From Candidatus Jordarchaeia archaeon (lineage in GTDB: Archaea > Asgardarchaeota > Jordiarchaeia > Jordiarchaeales > Jordiarchaeaceae): a stretch of 64,000 bases of DNA. How positions within the stretch are numbered: position 1 is the first letter of the stretch; every line of letters starts with the position of its first letter. The notes under the pieces were generated by a model that saw only the letters and a program-made list of their open reading frames with translations, was not told where the DNA came from and ran no database searches. Made by a program: the position numbers and the translations under genes. The DNA lies in NCBI GenBank assembly GCA_029856435.1, contig JAHQXB010000143.1, forward strand, positions 1 to 64,000, in the 5' to 3' direction. Below, piece after piece: positions 19,962 to 27,861 of the stretch.

Positions 19962-20882
19962 TTGATGACTGTTAACCATTCTACACTTCTTAAGATTAAG
20001 AATCTTTTTCTAAACTGTCGGATGAGGAACATTGCTGGTTGGACTAGTCTGGTGGTAATAGGCTGGGCTACGACATTCAGCCTAGGAAAATTCCAAAGCA
20101 TATTTCAAGTTACCTTCAACGTCTTGTTACATATGATTCCCATTGGTGTTTTTGCATTTTTTCTAACCGGTTCCTTCTTCTCCATAAATAATGCGTTTGA
20201 TGTGCAGGAGGACATAAATGCTGGAAAGACCAGCAATCTTGTAGCAAGAGGGCTTATCACCAAAAAAGAGGCAATAATATTCAGTATTGTATTAGCCGTG
20301 GCGTCTATAGCCTTCTTTTCCTATGTTGGGGGACTCTTGGGATTTTTGTTTTCTGTCACTTGCGTGGTGCTAGGTTTCCTCTACTCTATACCTCCGGTTA
20401 GATTTAAAAAGAGGCCGGTGGTTGACTTGATATCTCATGGTTTATTTTTGGGTTCACTATTAATTTTGATTGGCGCCACGACCTATGGTGGAATGCTGAA
20501 CAGGACCGCCTACTTCTTTGCTGCGGCCTTCTTCGTAGTTTCATGCCTTTTTCAGATGCAAAACCTTCTTGGAGACTACTTTGTGGACAGAGACTTGGGC
20601 ATCAAAACTACTGCAGTTAGTTTGCGCTCGTGGGAAAGAGGGAGATACTTCTTCCTAGCATTTGCCATTGTAGGCTCCATTATAACCATCGTTTTTGGAT
20701 GGTACCTGGTAATTGATTGGAGAATAATTTCCTTAATGGTGTTAATTAAGTCTATAAACATATTAGTGTATCTGCCTTTGTTTTCAGTATACAAAATCTA
20801 TCTATTCCAGCTCAAGTTTCAACCAGCCATACTTATGGTATGGGGAGCAACCATTTTGTTAGCCACACTAATTGTGACTTAA
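19962..20882 (+). CDS. UbiA family prenyltransferase
   Basis: NNAFDVQED and NLLGDYFVD Asp-rich motifs, YSIPPVRFK, multi-TM. Confidence 0.9.
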   Translation: MMTVNHSTLLKIKNLFLNCRMRNIAGWTSLVVIGWATTFSLGKFQSIFQVTFNVLLHMIPIGVFAFFLTGSFFSINNAFDVQEDINAGKTSNLVARGLITKKEAIIFSIVLAVASIAFFSYVGGLLGFLFSVTCVVLGFLYSIPPVRFKKRPVVDLISHGLFLGSLLILIGATTYGGMLNRTAYFFAAAFFVVSCLFQMQNLLGDYFVDRDLGIKTTAVSLRSWERGRYFFLAFAIVGSIITIVFGWYLVIDWRIISLMVLIKSINILVYLPLFSVYKIYLFQLKFQPAILMVWGATILLATLIVT

Positions 20883-21053
20883 CTGCAAACACAACTCCCC
20901 CCTTCTCTTGCCCTTAGCTACGTAAAAAAACGCAACTCTGCTCTACAATCTACCGTAAAGTGTTTCGCTTAGCTTACGGTTTTTCCAAAAAGTTTGAGGG
21001 GAAGGGTAGATGGCTTAAAAAAGGAAGTGGTAAAGGTTTTCTATCAAACCGTT

Positions 21054-22121
21054 CTACTTCTTAATTTTTCCCTCGATGTACTGGTTTAACATTTTTTCTG
21101 TCTCGCTTAGTGGGTAGGGTTTTGGTGGATTTTTGAATCCGTATGCGCAGAGTGTGTCAATTGTTCCATACACTTTTCTGTCGAGCGCTAACTTCACTCC
21201 TCTTATCACATCAAGCAGTATTGATGATGAGTTGGGGGCATCAACTGTTCTGAGAGTAATGTCAATTTTAACAGGGGTATTATTAAAGTATCTTCCGCTA
21301 ATCCAGAAATAGGAGTCCCTTGTGTTCTTCATGAAGTCTACATAGTCTGTGGTTCCCGCCACTATGGGAACCGCATAGGGTACAGCTTCTTGGATAGCTT
21401 TCCTCTTAACTTCTCTTTTAATGTCGCCACGGGCCTTCTCAAGCGTAACTAAAGATTCAACCCCACCGCCAATGTCTAGCTGGTATGTTTGGTCTATTTT
21501 TACTCCTCTTCTCACTAGTAGGTCGAGTATTGTTTTGTGTAGGATGGTGGCGCCAATTTGATTCATAATATCGTCCCCAACTAGGGGGAGTTTTGCTTCT
21601 TCAAACCGGACGGCCCACTCTCTATTACTTGCTATGGCTGTTGGCGTCGTGTTAATGAAGGCGCATCCAGCCTTAATTGCCTGCTCTGCGTACCATTTTG
21701 AGGCTTGCACCGCACCTGTGGGGAGAAAGTTTATCAGTATTTCTGTTTTGCTCTTTTTTAACTCTTCGCTCACATTTACACTTGGCCTCTTGTCCACCTT
21801 AATTTGGTTACGCAGATATTCTGCAATGCCGTCCATCACTTCTCCCTTCTGAACAGTTACGCCCAGATGGCTTACATCATTTACTTTTTCGTAACGATTG
21901 GACGGCGCAAAAATGGCCTCAGACAGATCCTTACCCACTTTTAGGGAGTCTATGTCAAAGGCTGCGGTGAACTCTATGTCGCTCGGCTTGTATCCTCCAA
22001 AGTTATGAAATTTTAGTCCCACAAAATCTCCATTCTTGTATGAACTAACTCCTTGAACTAGTGAGGAACAACAGTCACCTACTCCAACAACTGCAACCTT
22101 GATTTTAGGCATTGAACTCAC
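21054..22121 (-). CDS. Inositol-3-phosphate synthase-like paralog (divergent active site)
   Basis: VGVGDCCSSLVQG Rossmann motif; GDDIMNQIGAT versus canonical GDDIKSQ.GAT. Confidence 0.85.
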   Translation of the reverse strand: MSSMPKIKVAVVGVGDCCSSLVQGVSSYKNGDFVGLKFHNFGGYKPSDIEFTAAFDIDSLKVGKDLSEAIFAPSNRYEKVNDVSHLGVTVQKGEVMDGIAEYLRNQIKVDKRPSVNVSEELKKSKTEILINFLPTGAVQASKWYAEQAIKAGCAFINTTPTAIASNREWAVRFEEAKLPLVGDDIMNQIGATILHKTILDLLVRRGVKIDQTYQLDIGGGVESLVTLEKARGDIKREVKRKAIQEAVPYAVPIVAGTTDYVDFMKNTRDSYFWISGRYFNNTPVKIDITLRTVDAPNSSSILLDVIRGVKLALDRKVYGTIDTLCAYGFKNPPKPYPLSETEKMLNQYIEGKIKK

Positions 22122-22213
22122 CTTCCCATTTTTATTAACCCATTTTATTATTTGATGTTTAAACCATTATTTTGCTCAAAAAGTTTTTCCATTTCTCGAA
22201 GCTTTTTTCTGAA

Positions 22214-23005
22214 TTAGTTATTTAGTTTTTTACTTAGAACAATGTACAGGGGGGTAAATAGGTTGTAGATCCACTCCAGAACCCTACTTTTTCTTACTAT
22301 TCTCATAATGCCAGAGTTTGGTAAATGCTTGTCCCACTTGGGTGAATTTATAACTGAGCGAAATTTAACCTTTGAGAGTAATTCTATAAGGGTCTCGTAA
22401 GAAACCAGTTTAACGGGGAAACTTGTCCCCAATCCCGACATGCGAATGAAAATATCGGTCAACCTCTTAGGTAGCAGCGTAATACCTAAAAGGCCAGTGT
22501 GGGATTCTCGGGGATATCGCCTATTAGGAGTTGTGAGATATAGGTAGCCTCTAGTCTTAAGTACACGGTATATTTCTCTTATTAGTTTTTCTTGTTCCTC
22601 CAGATGCTCTATTACGTCATTGCAAATTACTAGGTCAAATGTTTCATCGCTAAAGGGAAGACTGGTTCCGCTACCCAATACTTCGCCTACCCCTCCACTA
22701 GGAGGAAAACTGTTTTCTGAGTCATCAACATTAATTCTTGTGAGATTCATAAGCTTTTTATCGAGATCCAGTGCTACTACCCTATTCCTCCTAATAGCGA
22801 AAGAAACGCAGATTCCTCCTGCACCACATCCCAAATCCAGAATTTTGAGTTTAGAAACTTGGGGCATATATTCTTGGAGCTGCTTGACGTAGAGCTGAAC
22901 CCTTTTCTCTGTATTCTTGTACCAGTCCCACCAGTTCTGATAGTTGGCGAAGCCTTCGAGAGGTTTAAGATACTCTCTCAGAGCCTTATCAAAATTTTTA
23001 CCCAC
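22214..23005 (-). CDS. Class I SAM-dependent methyltransferase
   Basis: LDLGCGAGG, FDLVICNDVIEH, LKTRGYL..TTPN. Confidence 0.9.
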   Translation of the reverse strand: MGKNFDKALREYLKPLEGFANYQNWWDWYKNTEKRVQLYVKQLQEYMPQVSKLKILDLGCGAGGICVSFAIRRNRVVALDLDKKLMNLTRINVDDSENSFPPSGGVGEVLGSGTSLPFSDETFDLVICNDVIEHLEEQEKLIREIYRVLKTRGYLYLTTPNRRYPRESHTGLLGITLLPKRLTDIFIRMSGLGTSFPVKLVSYETLIELLSKVKFRSVINSPKWDKHLPNSGIMRIVRKSRVLEWIYNLFTPLYIVLSKKLNN

Positions 23006-23163
23006 CTTGTTTCACGTCCATACATACAATGAATTAAAAAACCTTGTCAACGCTAATTGTTTATATTTTCTACTCTTAAATGTATTACTTAACCAAGAAG
23101 TGATCCGAAACGGCAAAGCTTTCTCAAGGAAAAAGAAAAGGAGGAATATGATATTTTTGCCTT

Positions 23164-23289
23164 TTACATATTTAGTCTACATTTACTCGGATCTTTTACG
23201 TATTCGCAGGGGGCCTCCATTCCTTGGCGGAATACAAGACCCGTAACCTTGCACTTTTTCTCAGAAGGATCGTATTCGGGGCACACCAA
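23164..23289 (-). CDS. 41-aa four-Cys small protein (below ORF-track cutoff)
   Basis: AGGAGG RBS 8 nt before TTG; MVCPEYDPSEKKCKVTGLVFRQGMEAPCEYVKDPSKCRLNM. Confidence 0.7.
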   Translation of the reverse strand: MVCPEYDPSEKKCKVTGLVFRQGMEAPCEYVKDPSKCRLNM

Positions 23290-23518
23290 ATCGCATTCCT
23301 CCTACTAATTATATTAAATTTAAGTGCAAATAAATATTATCATACAAACTTTTCTTAAACATAAAAATTATATAAATATACTTAAAATTTGTATATATGT
23401 AAATTTTTAAATTAAAATCACCAACCAACAATATGACAATCAAAAAACCTAGAAAAACCGAAAATAACAAGCACAGAGATTTAATTTATGTATCTAATAA
23501 GCGCTGAGGCGAATCATC

Positions 23519-24067
23519 TTGAGTGACCATAAGGGCATAGAGGAATTCAAAACCATATTGAAATTCGCGGCATCAGAAGAAAAAATAAGCCAGACCTATA
23601 ATGTTCCTCCAAATATGTTAATTCCCCTCTTCCTCTCCATAAAGTATGGGGGAGACTGGAGCATTAAAGACGAAGAGAATTTTTCAGTTGCAGTTAAGGA
23701 TCGGGAAACAGTATATAATAGCGAAACCAAAGAGGGTATAAGTTGCGAAACCATTTATCTTTTAGTTAATCCCAGAATCGTTGAAAAAGAGGGTAGAGTC
23801 CACAGGATAGAAAAATGTGGATCAAGCGCTGAACGCAAACTAGTGCAGAGATCCTATAACGTGAAAGCGGTTTTTGATAAGGGGCTAATCGCGAAAATTG
23901 ATCCCGAAAAGAAGACCATCAAAATTGGAAAATTGAATGAAGAGAAAATAGAATTTAAGGGCAGCATGGCTTTCAGCCTAGAACACGAAATTGAACATGT
24001 AAGCTCAGAAGCAGAAGCTGCGGGAAAACCAATTTGGGATTTTAACTACATTTTTGAAGAAGAGTAG
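23519..24067 (+). CDS. Peptide deformylase-like metalloprotein
   Basis: LVNPRIVEKEG, EKCG (equivalent of EGCLS), HEIEH. Confidence 0.7.
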   Translation: MSDHKGIEEFKTILKFAASEEKISQTYNVPPNMLIPLFLSIKYGGDWSIKDEENFSVAVKDRETVYNSETKEGISCETIYLLVNPRIVEKEGRVHRIEKCGSSAERKLVQRSYNVKAVFDKGLIAKIDPEKKTIKIGKLNEEKIEFKGSMAFSLEHEIEHVSSEAEAAGKPIWDFNYIFEEE

Positions 24068-24239
24068 GAAATTTTATTGTGACGTGGTATCCTACACAAA
24101 CCTTTTAGATGTGGTGTTAGTTTCCATAAAGTTTTTAGAGCAAAATGGAAAGTGGAAAATTTTTTCTACCGGTCTATGGAAGTAGAAGTTCAGAGGGTAG
24201 GAAGCCTTTACGGTGGGCTGTTGATTGGTGAACTACCAT

Positions 24240-25133
24240 TTAAGTTGAGGGTTCTATGTTTAACCCGTTCTTTGTAATCCAGAAGGGGTGGAGGCCTCGG
24301 CTGTGGTCTGTGGCAAACATTTTCAGTATCTCTAACTCTTTTTTCCTGTGATTTCCGTCAATTCCGTATCTCATTATTATGACGTTTTGCGCCACGTAGC
24401 TTTCTAAAACATACTCTGTTTGATTGTAATTCTCAGCGATTAGGATGCTGGTGCATCCCCTTGAACGCAGAAAATTGTTTAACAGGTAGATTTCTCTTCT
24501 TCTGGTATATATGTCTTCGAAGCGGGAGAGGAATATGGATATGGGGTCTATGACTACCCTCTCTGCACCCACTTGTATTATGGCCTCCTCGACGGCCTTC
24601 TCGAAGTTTATAGTTAGTGTTTCAAAGTCTGCCCTTTCACGAATCATAGTGTCTGGAGAAAAGGGGCTCATAATAATTATTTTATTCATGTCCAAGTCCA
24701 TTCCCAAGGCAGAAGCGAATGTGAGCAAATCTTCGGGGGAATCTTGGAGAGCTATGAGGGCCCCTGGCTCATTATATTTCTTATAACCGTAGTAAAGAAA
24801 TTGAAGCCCAAAAACCGTTTTCCCTGCTCCCGGGGGCCCCATAAGTAGAGTGGTGGTGGCTTTTGGCAGCCCACCCTCACACAATTCATCAAAACCAGGT
24901 ATACCACTTTTGACCCGCTCCACTTTTCTAGGTTGAGCAGCCGCAGAGACTAAAGGTTTAACCCCCAGCGTCACAGTATATTGCCTAATTATACCCAAGT
25001 CTTCAAGCCTTTTCATCCTGTTTTTCACAGTCATCCGCGAAATTCCAAGCTCATCAGCAATCTTGGAAGCGGGAGTTCTCGAATCCTTCTTGAGAATTTC
25101 TAAGAGCTTGGAATCTATATCATCGATGGACAT
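24240..25133 (-). CDS. Lrp/AsnC-type HTH fused to KaiC/RecA-superfamily ATPase
   Basis: DDIDSKLLEIL..DSR...HTH; GPPGAGKT, RVVIDPIS, LEILKM. Confidence 0.88.
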   Translation of the reverse strand: MSIDDIDSKLLEILKKDSRTPASKIADELGISRMTVKNRMKRLEDLGIIRQYTVTLGVKPLVSAAAQPRKVERVKSGIPGFDELCEGGLPKATTTLLMGPPGAGKTVFGLQFLYYGYKKYNEPGALIALQDSPEDLLTFASALGMDLDMNKIIIMSPFSPDTMIRERADFETLTINFEKAVEEAIIQVGAERVVIDPISIFLSRFEDIYTRRREIYLLNNFLRSRGCTSILIAENYNQTEYVLESYVAQNVIIMRYGIDGNHRKKELEILKMFATDHSRGLHPFWITKNGLNIEPST

Positions 25134-25359
25134 ATATAACTAACCTCACTTAGTACTCGGGATTTACAATAATTCTCAAATTATAAAACTTTTGGTTACT
25201 AATTTGGGGCAGCACACACCTTTGCTATAGATTTTTTCACTAATTTTTTCCTAAACTTCACCTTAACCCGGGGTTATTTAAAGCCTCTTTCCCCAAAAAA
25301 AGGCGGAAAAACCATATTTTCTGGAAGCGAAAAGGGATAAATTAAATGGAAAGTCTATA

Positions 25360-25458
25360 GTTTATGTTTTCTTTTAAGCAATGGTGTAAGTTTTTGTCAC
25401 CTCCACCAATTTTATGAGAGACTTTGAGTTTATGTTTTCTTTTAAGCAATGGTGTAAG
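25360..25458 (+). CRISPR. Orphan CRISPR-like mini-array (2 repeats, 1 spacer)
   Basis: Identical 31-nt GTTTATGTTTTCTTTTAAGCAATGGTGTAAG at 25360-25390 and 25428-25458; 37-nt spacer; A-rich leader-like sequence upstream. Confidence 0.6.
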
Positions 25459-25741
25459 GGTGCATTCTGAAGCCTTTTTTCCAGAATTATTAGGAGGGTG
25501 GAGTTAGACCATTCTCATACATCCAGATGGAAAGTATCCTTAAAATATGTATTTTTTGCTGATAGCTTGATTTTCCTTCTATGAGTGTTTCTTAGACCCT
25601 TTTTTATTCTTTTTGAAAATGTTTCCTATAATATCTCTTTTTTAGAGCAGAGGTGTGAGCTTGGTTTTGCATAAAATGGGTTAAGGTTGTTGGTAAAAAA
25701 AGGGAGAGACGTTTTTATGTAGGCGCTGCTTTGCATTTGTA

Positions 25742-26164
25742 TTATTTGGAGAAGATTTTGATTATTTCTTCTACTGCTGAGTCTATTATTACTTCGTATC
25801 TGCGGTCTTTGTGAAGGAGAACATTTGCGGCGTCTCTTAGTCTGCTGGTTTGTTTAGCTGAGGGCATTATCACCGCTAGTATAAGTTTGCTTGCTGGGAG
25901 GTATATTCCTCGGAAAACTAGAACTCCACCATTTGTTTCAATTATTACATTTTCTACGTCTCCCAATCCAATCTGTTCTTTGACCTTCTCTGCGGTGCTG
26001 TGGGAGAGTCCGGCCATTGCTGCTATAACGTTTTTGTCCAGTTCTTTGGTGGCTTCGGCTAGGACTAATCCGTCTTCTCCAGCTATTATGCTTCCGTGGA
26101 ATCCGCCCTTTGAGTTCAGGTTCTCGAGGATTTTGGTTAGGGCAGAGAGTCTACTTTCCGTCAA
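25742..26164 (-). CDS. Roadblock/LC7 domain protein
   Basis: GSIIAGEDGLVLA, IAAMAG, VIIETNGG..V pattern. Confidence 0.88.
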   Translation of the reverse strand: MTESRLSALTKILENLNSKGGFHGSIIAGEDGLVLAEATKELDKNVIAAMAGLSHSTAEKVKEQIGLGDVENVIIETNGGVLVFRGIYLPASKLILAVIMPSAKQTSRLRDAANVLLHKDRRYEVIIDSAVEEIIKIFSK

Positions 26165-26371
26165 TTTTGTGCAACGCTCACTTGTATTTTTATGTTATAT
26201 TATTAGAGGAATATAATTATTAAGTTAACTAATTTCTCTAAGTGTATATTCAAGATTTTGAAGCAGTTCATGAAGTTTTAGATATATTTTTCTCAATTTT
26301 AATAAGATTTTTTTTGAATTATACCTAGTGTTTATATACTATTTTGTTTCTCCACTCCTAAGGGTGATAAC

Positions 26372-26920
26372 GTGAGTTCCGAGGAAAAAATTGTGGGTTT
26401 CTTAAAGTTAAGAGGCTACGAAGTGAAAGAAATAGAGGAGAAAAAAGAGGGCAACTATAGGCTTATTAGGGCGGTTAAGAATGGTGAAGAAAACGTCTTC
26501 ATAATTAGAAGTTACGATTCTCAAAAAGTTATTGGAACCGCACTAGTGCGCAATTTAAAGGAGATTATGGATGAGAAGGGAGCCTCCAAAGGATTTCTGG
26601 TGGGAGGAAAAAGAAGTACACCCAAGGCTAGAGAAATCGCATTAGAATCCAACATAGAACTAATAGTGGATTACCCCATATTAAACATCTTTGACCATTA
26701 CCTTGTCCCCAAACACGAAATAGCCCAACCAGAAGAATATGAAAAAATTCTTAAAAAGTACAACATCAAGAAGGAAGATCTTCCCAAAATAAAAGTTTCT
26801 GACCCTGCCATAAAAGCAATTGGAGGAAATGTGGGGGACATAGTCAAAATAACTCGGGACAGCAAAACTGCAGGGAAAACAGTCATCTTTCGCTACGTCA
26901 TCGAAGACACTGCCCAATAA
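26372..26920 (+). CDS. rpo5: RNA polymerase subunit Rpo5 with N-terminal extra domain
   Basis: HYLVPKHEI, LPKIKVSDP, GDIVKITRDSKTAG..FRYV; about 100-aa N-terminal domain starting FLKLRGYEV. Confidence 0.93.
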   Translation: MSSEEKIVGFLKLRGYEVKEIEEKKEGNYRLIRAVKNGEENVFIIRSYDSQKVIGTALVRNLKEIMDEKGASKGFLVGGKRSTPKAREIALESNIELIVDYPILNIFDHYLVPKHEIAQPEEYEKILKKYNIKKEDLPKIKVSDPAIKAIGGNVGDIVKITRDSKTAGKTVIFRYVIEDTAQ

Positions 26921-26999
26921 TTTTGGTTAGCAGTAAAAATATAGACAAAAGATGGCGAGTGGTGGATAATTAAATCCATCTCAGAGGCGCAATTATTCT

Positions 27000-27674
27000 T
27001 CAAAGCCATAGACGCGCATTTTTTAGTGAAAGTTTTATTTGCTCATTTGCGTTTCTGGTAGCGATGTCTAGGTGCCCGCAGAGTAGGTATTGAACATCTA
27101 GTTTGCTCAGCAGGACTAGGGATTGAGTGAGTTTTTTCGCGTCCCCCGTTGGGAAGTCTACCCTACCGAAGCTTCCCTGTGTAAACACCGTGTCCCCGGA
27201 GAAAAGTACTTTCTGGTCTTGGTCATACAGGCATATACTGCCGATAGTGTGTCCCGGAGTATTAATTACACTCAGACTTAGGTTTCCGGCTTTGATTATA
27301 TCTCCCTCTTTTAGTCTTTGGTGAACTTTGGTGGGTGTAAATTCTAAACCGAATTCTCTTGCTAGGAGCAGCCCGTTTCCGCCTTTCTCGATGCTGTCTG
27401 CTTCCAAGTGGAAAACCAACACTTGGGGAGAGTATTCCCTCACGAAGTTGATGAGTCCACCACTGTGATCAAAATGAACGTGGGTCAAGATAACGCGGGC
27501 AATATTTTCAGGTTTCAGCCCCTCCTGAGAAATCCTTTTAATTAAACGGTCGAAGAAAAACCCGGTGCCGCAGTCGATAACTGTCAACTCATCTGAAACA
27601 CTATCTTTTATCAAAAAAACGTTGCAATCAAAGTTTATACCCGGAAAATAGAAAATTTCCTCTGTGACCTTCAA
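27000..27674 (-). CDS. Metallo-beta-lactamase fold hydrolase
   Basis: THVHFDHSGG, TPGHT, SGDT, CGH. Confidence 0.9.
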   Translation of the reverse strand: MKVTEEIFYFPGINFDCNVFLIKDSVSDELTVIDCGTGFFFDRLIKRISQEGLKPENIARVILTHVHFDHSGGLINFVREYSPQVLVFHLEADSIEKGGNGLLLAREFGLEFTPTKVHQRLKEGDIIKAGNLSLSVINTPGHTIGSICLYDQDQKVLFSGDTVFTQGSFGRVDFPTGDAKKLTQSLVLLSKLDVQYLLCGHLDIATRNANEQIKLSLKNARLWL

Positions 27675-27861
27675 TTCGACGCATCTCCGCCATTAAAAGG
27701 ATAGCAACTTTTTTATTCTTTACGATTCCCGCCAGAGAAAGAAATTTTAGCTCATCTTATTAAATGTGAACATAACATAGCTGGGCACATGCACCAGTTT
27801 TTTGGAAATAGTTTGGGCATTTATGTTCCCTTTTATTTCTATGGAAGTGGAGTTGTAAATC

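Noticed and set aside
25503-25534. Third CRISPR repeat GTTAGACC...ATGGAAAG
   Set aside because: CRISPR-like termini only. It does not align with the two 31-nt repeats and is not at the expected 68-nt period.
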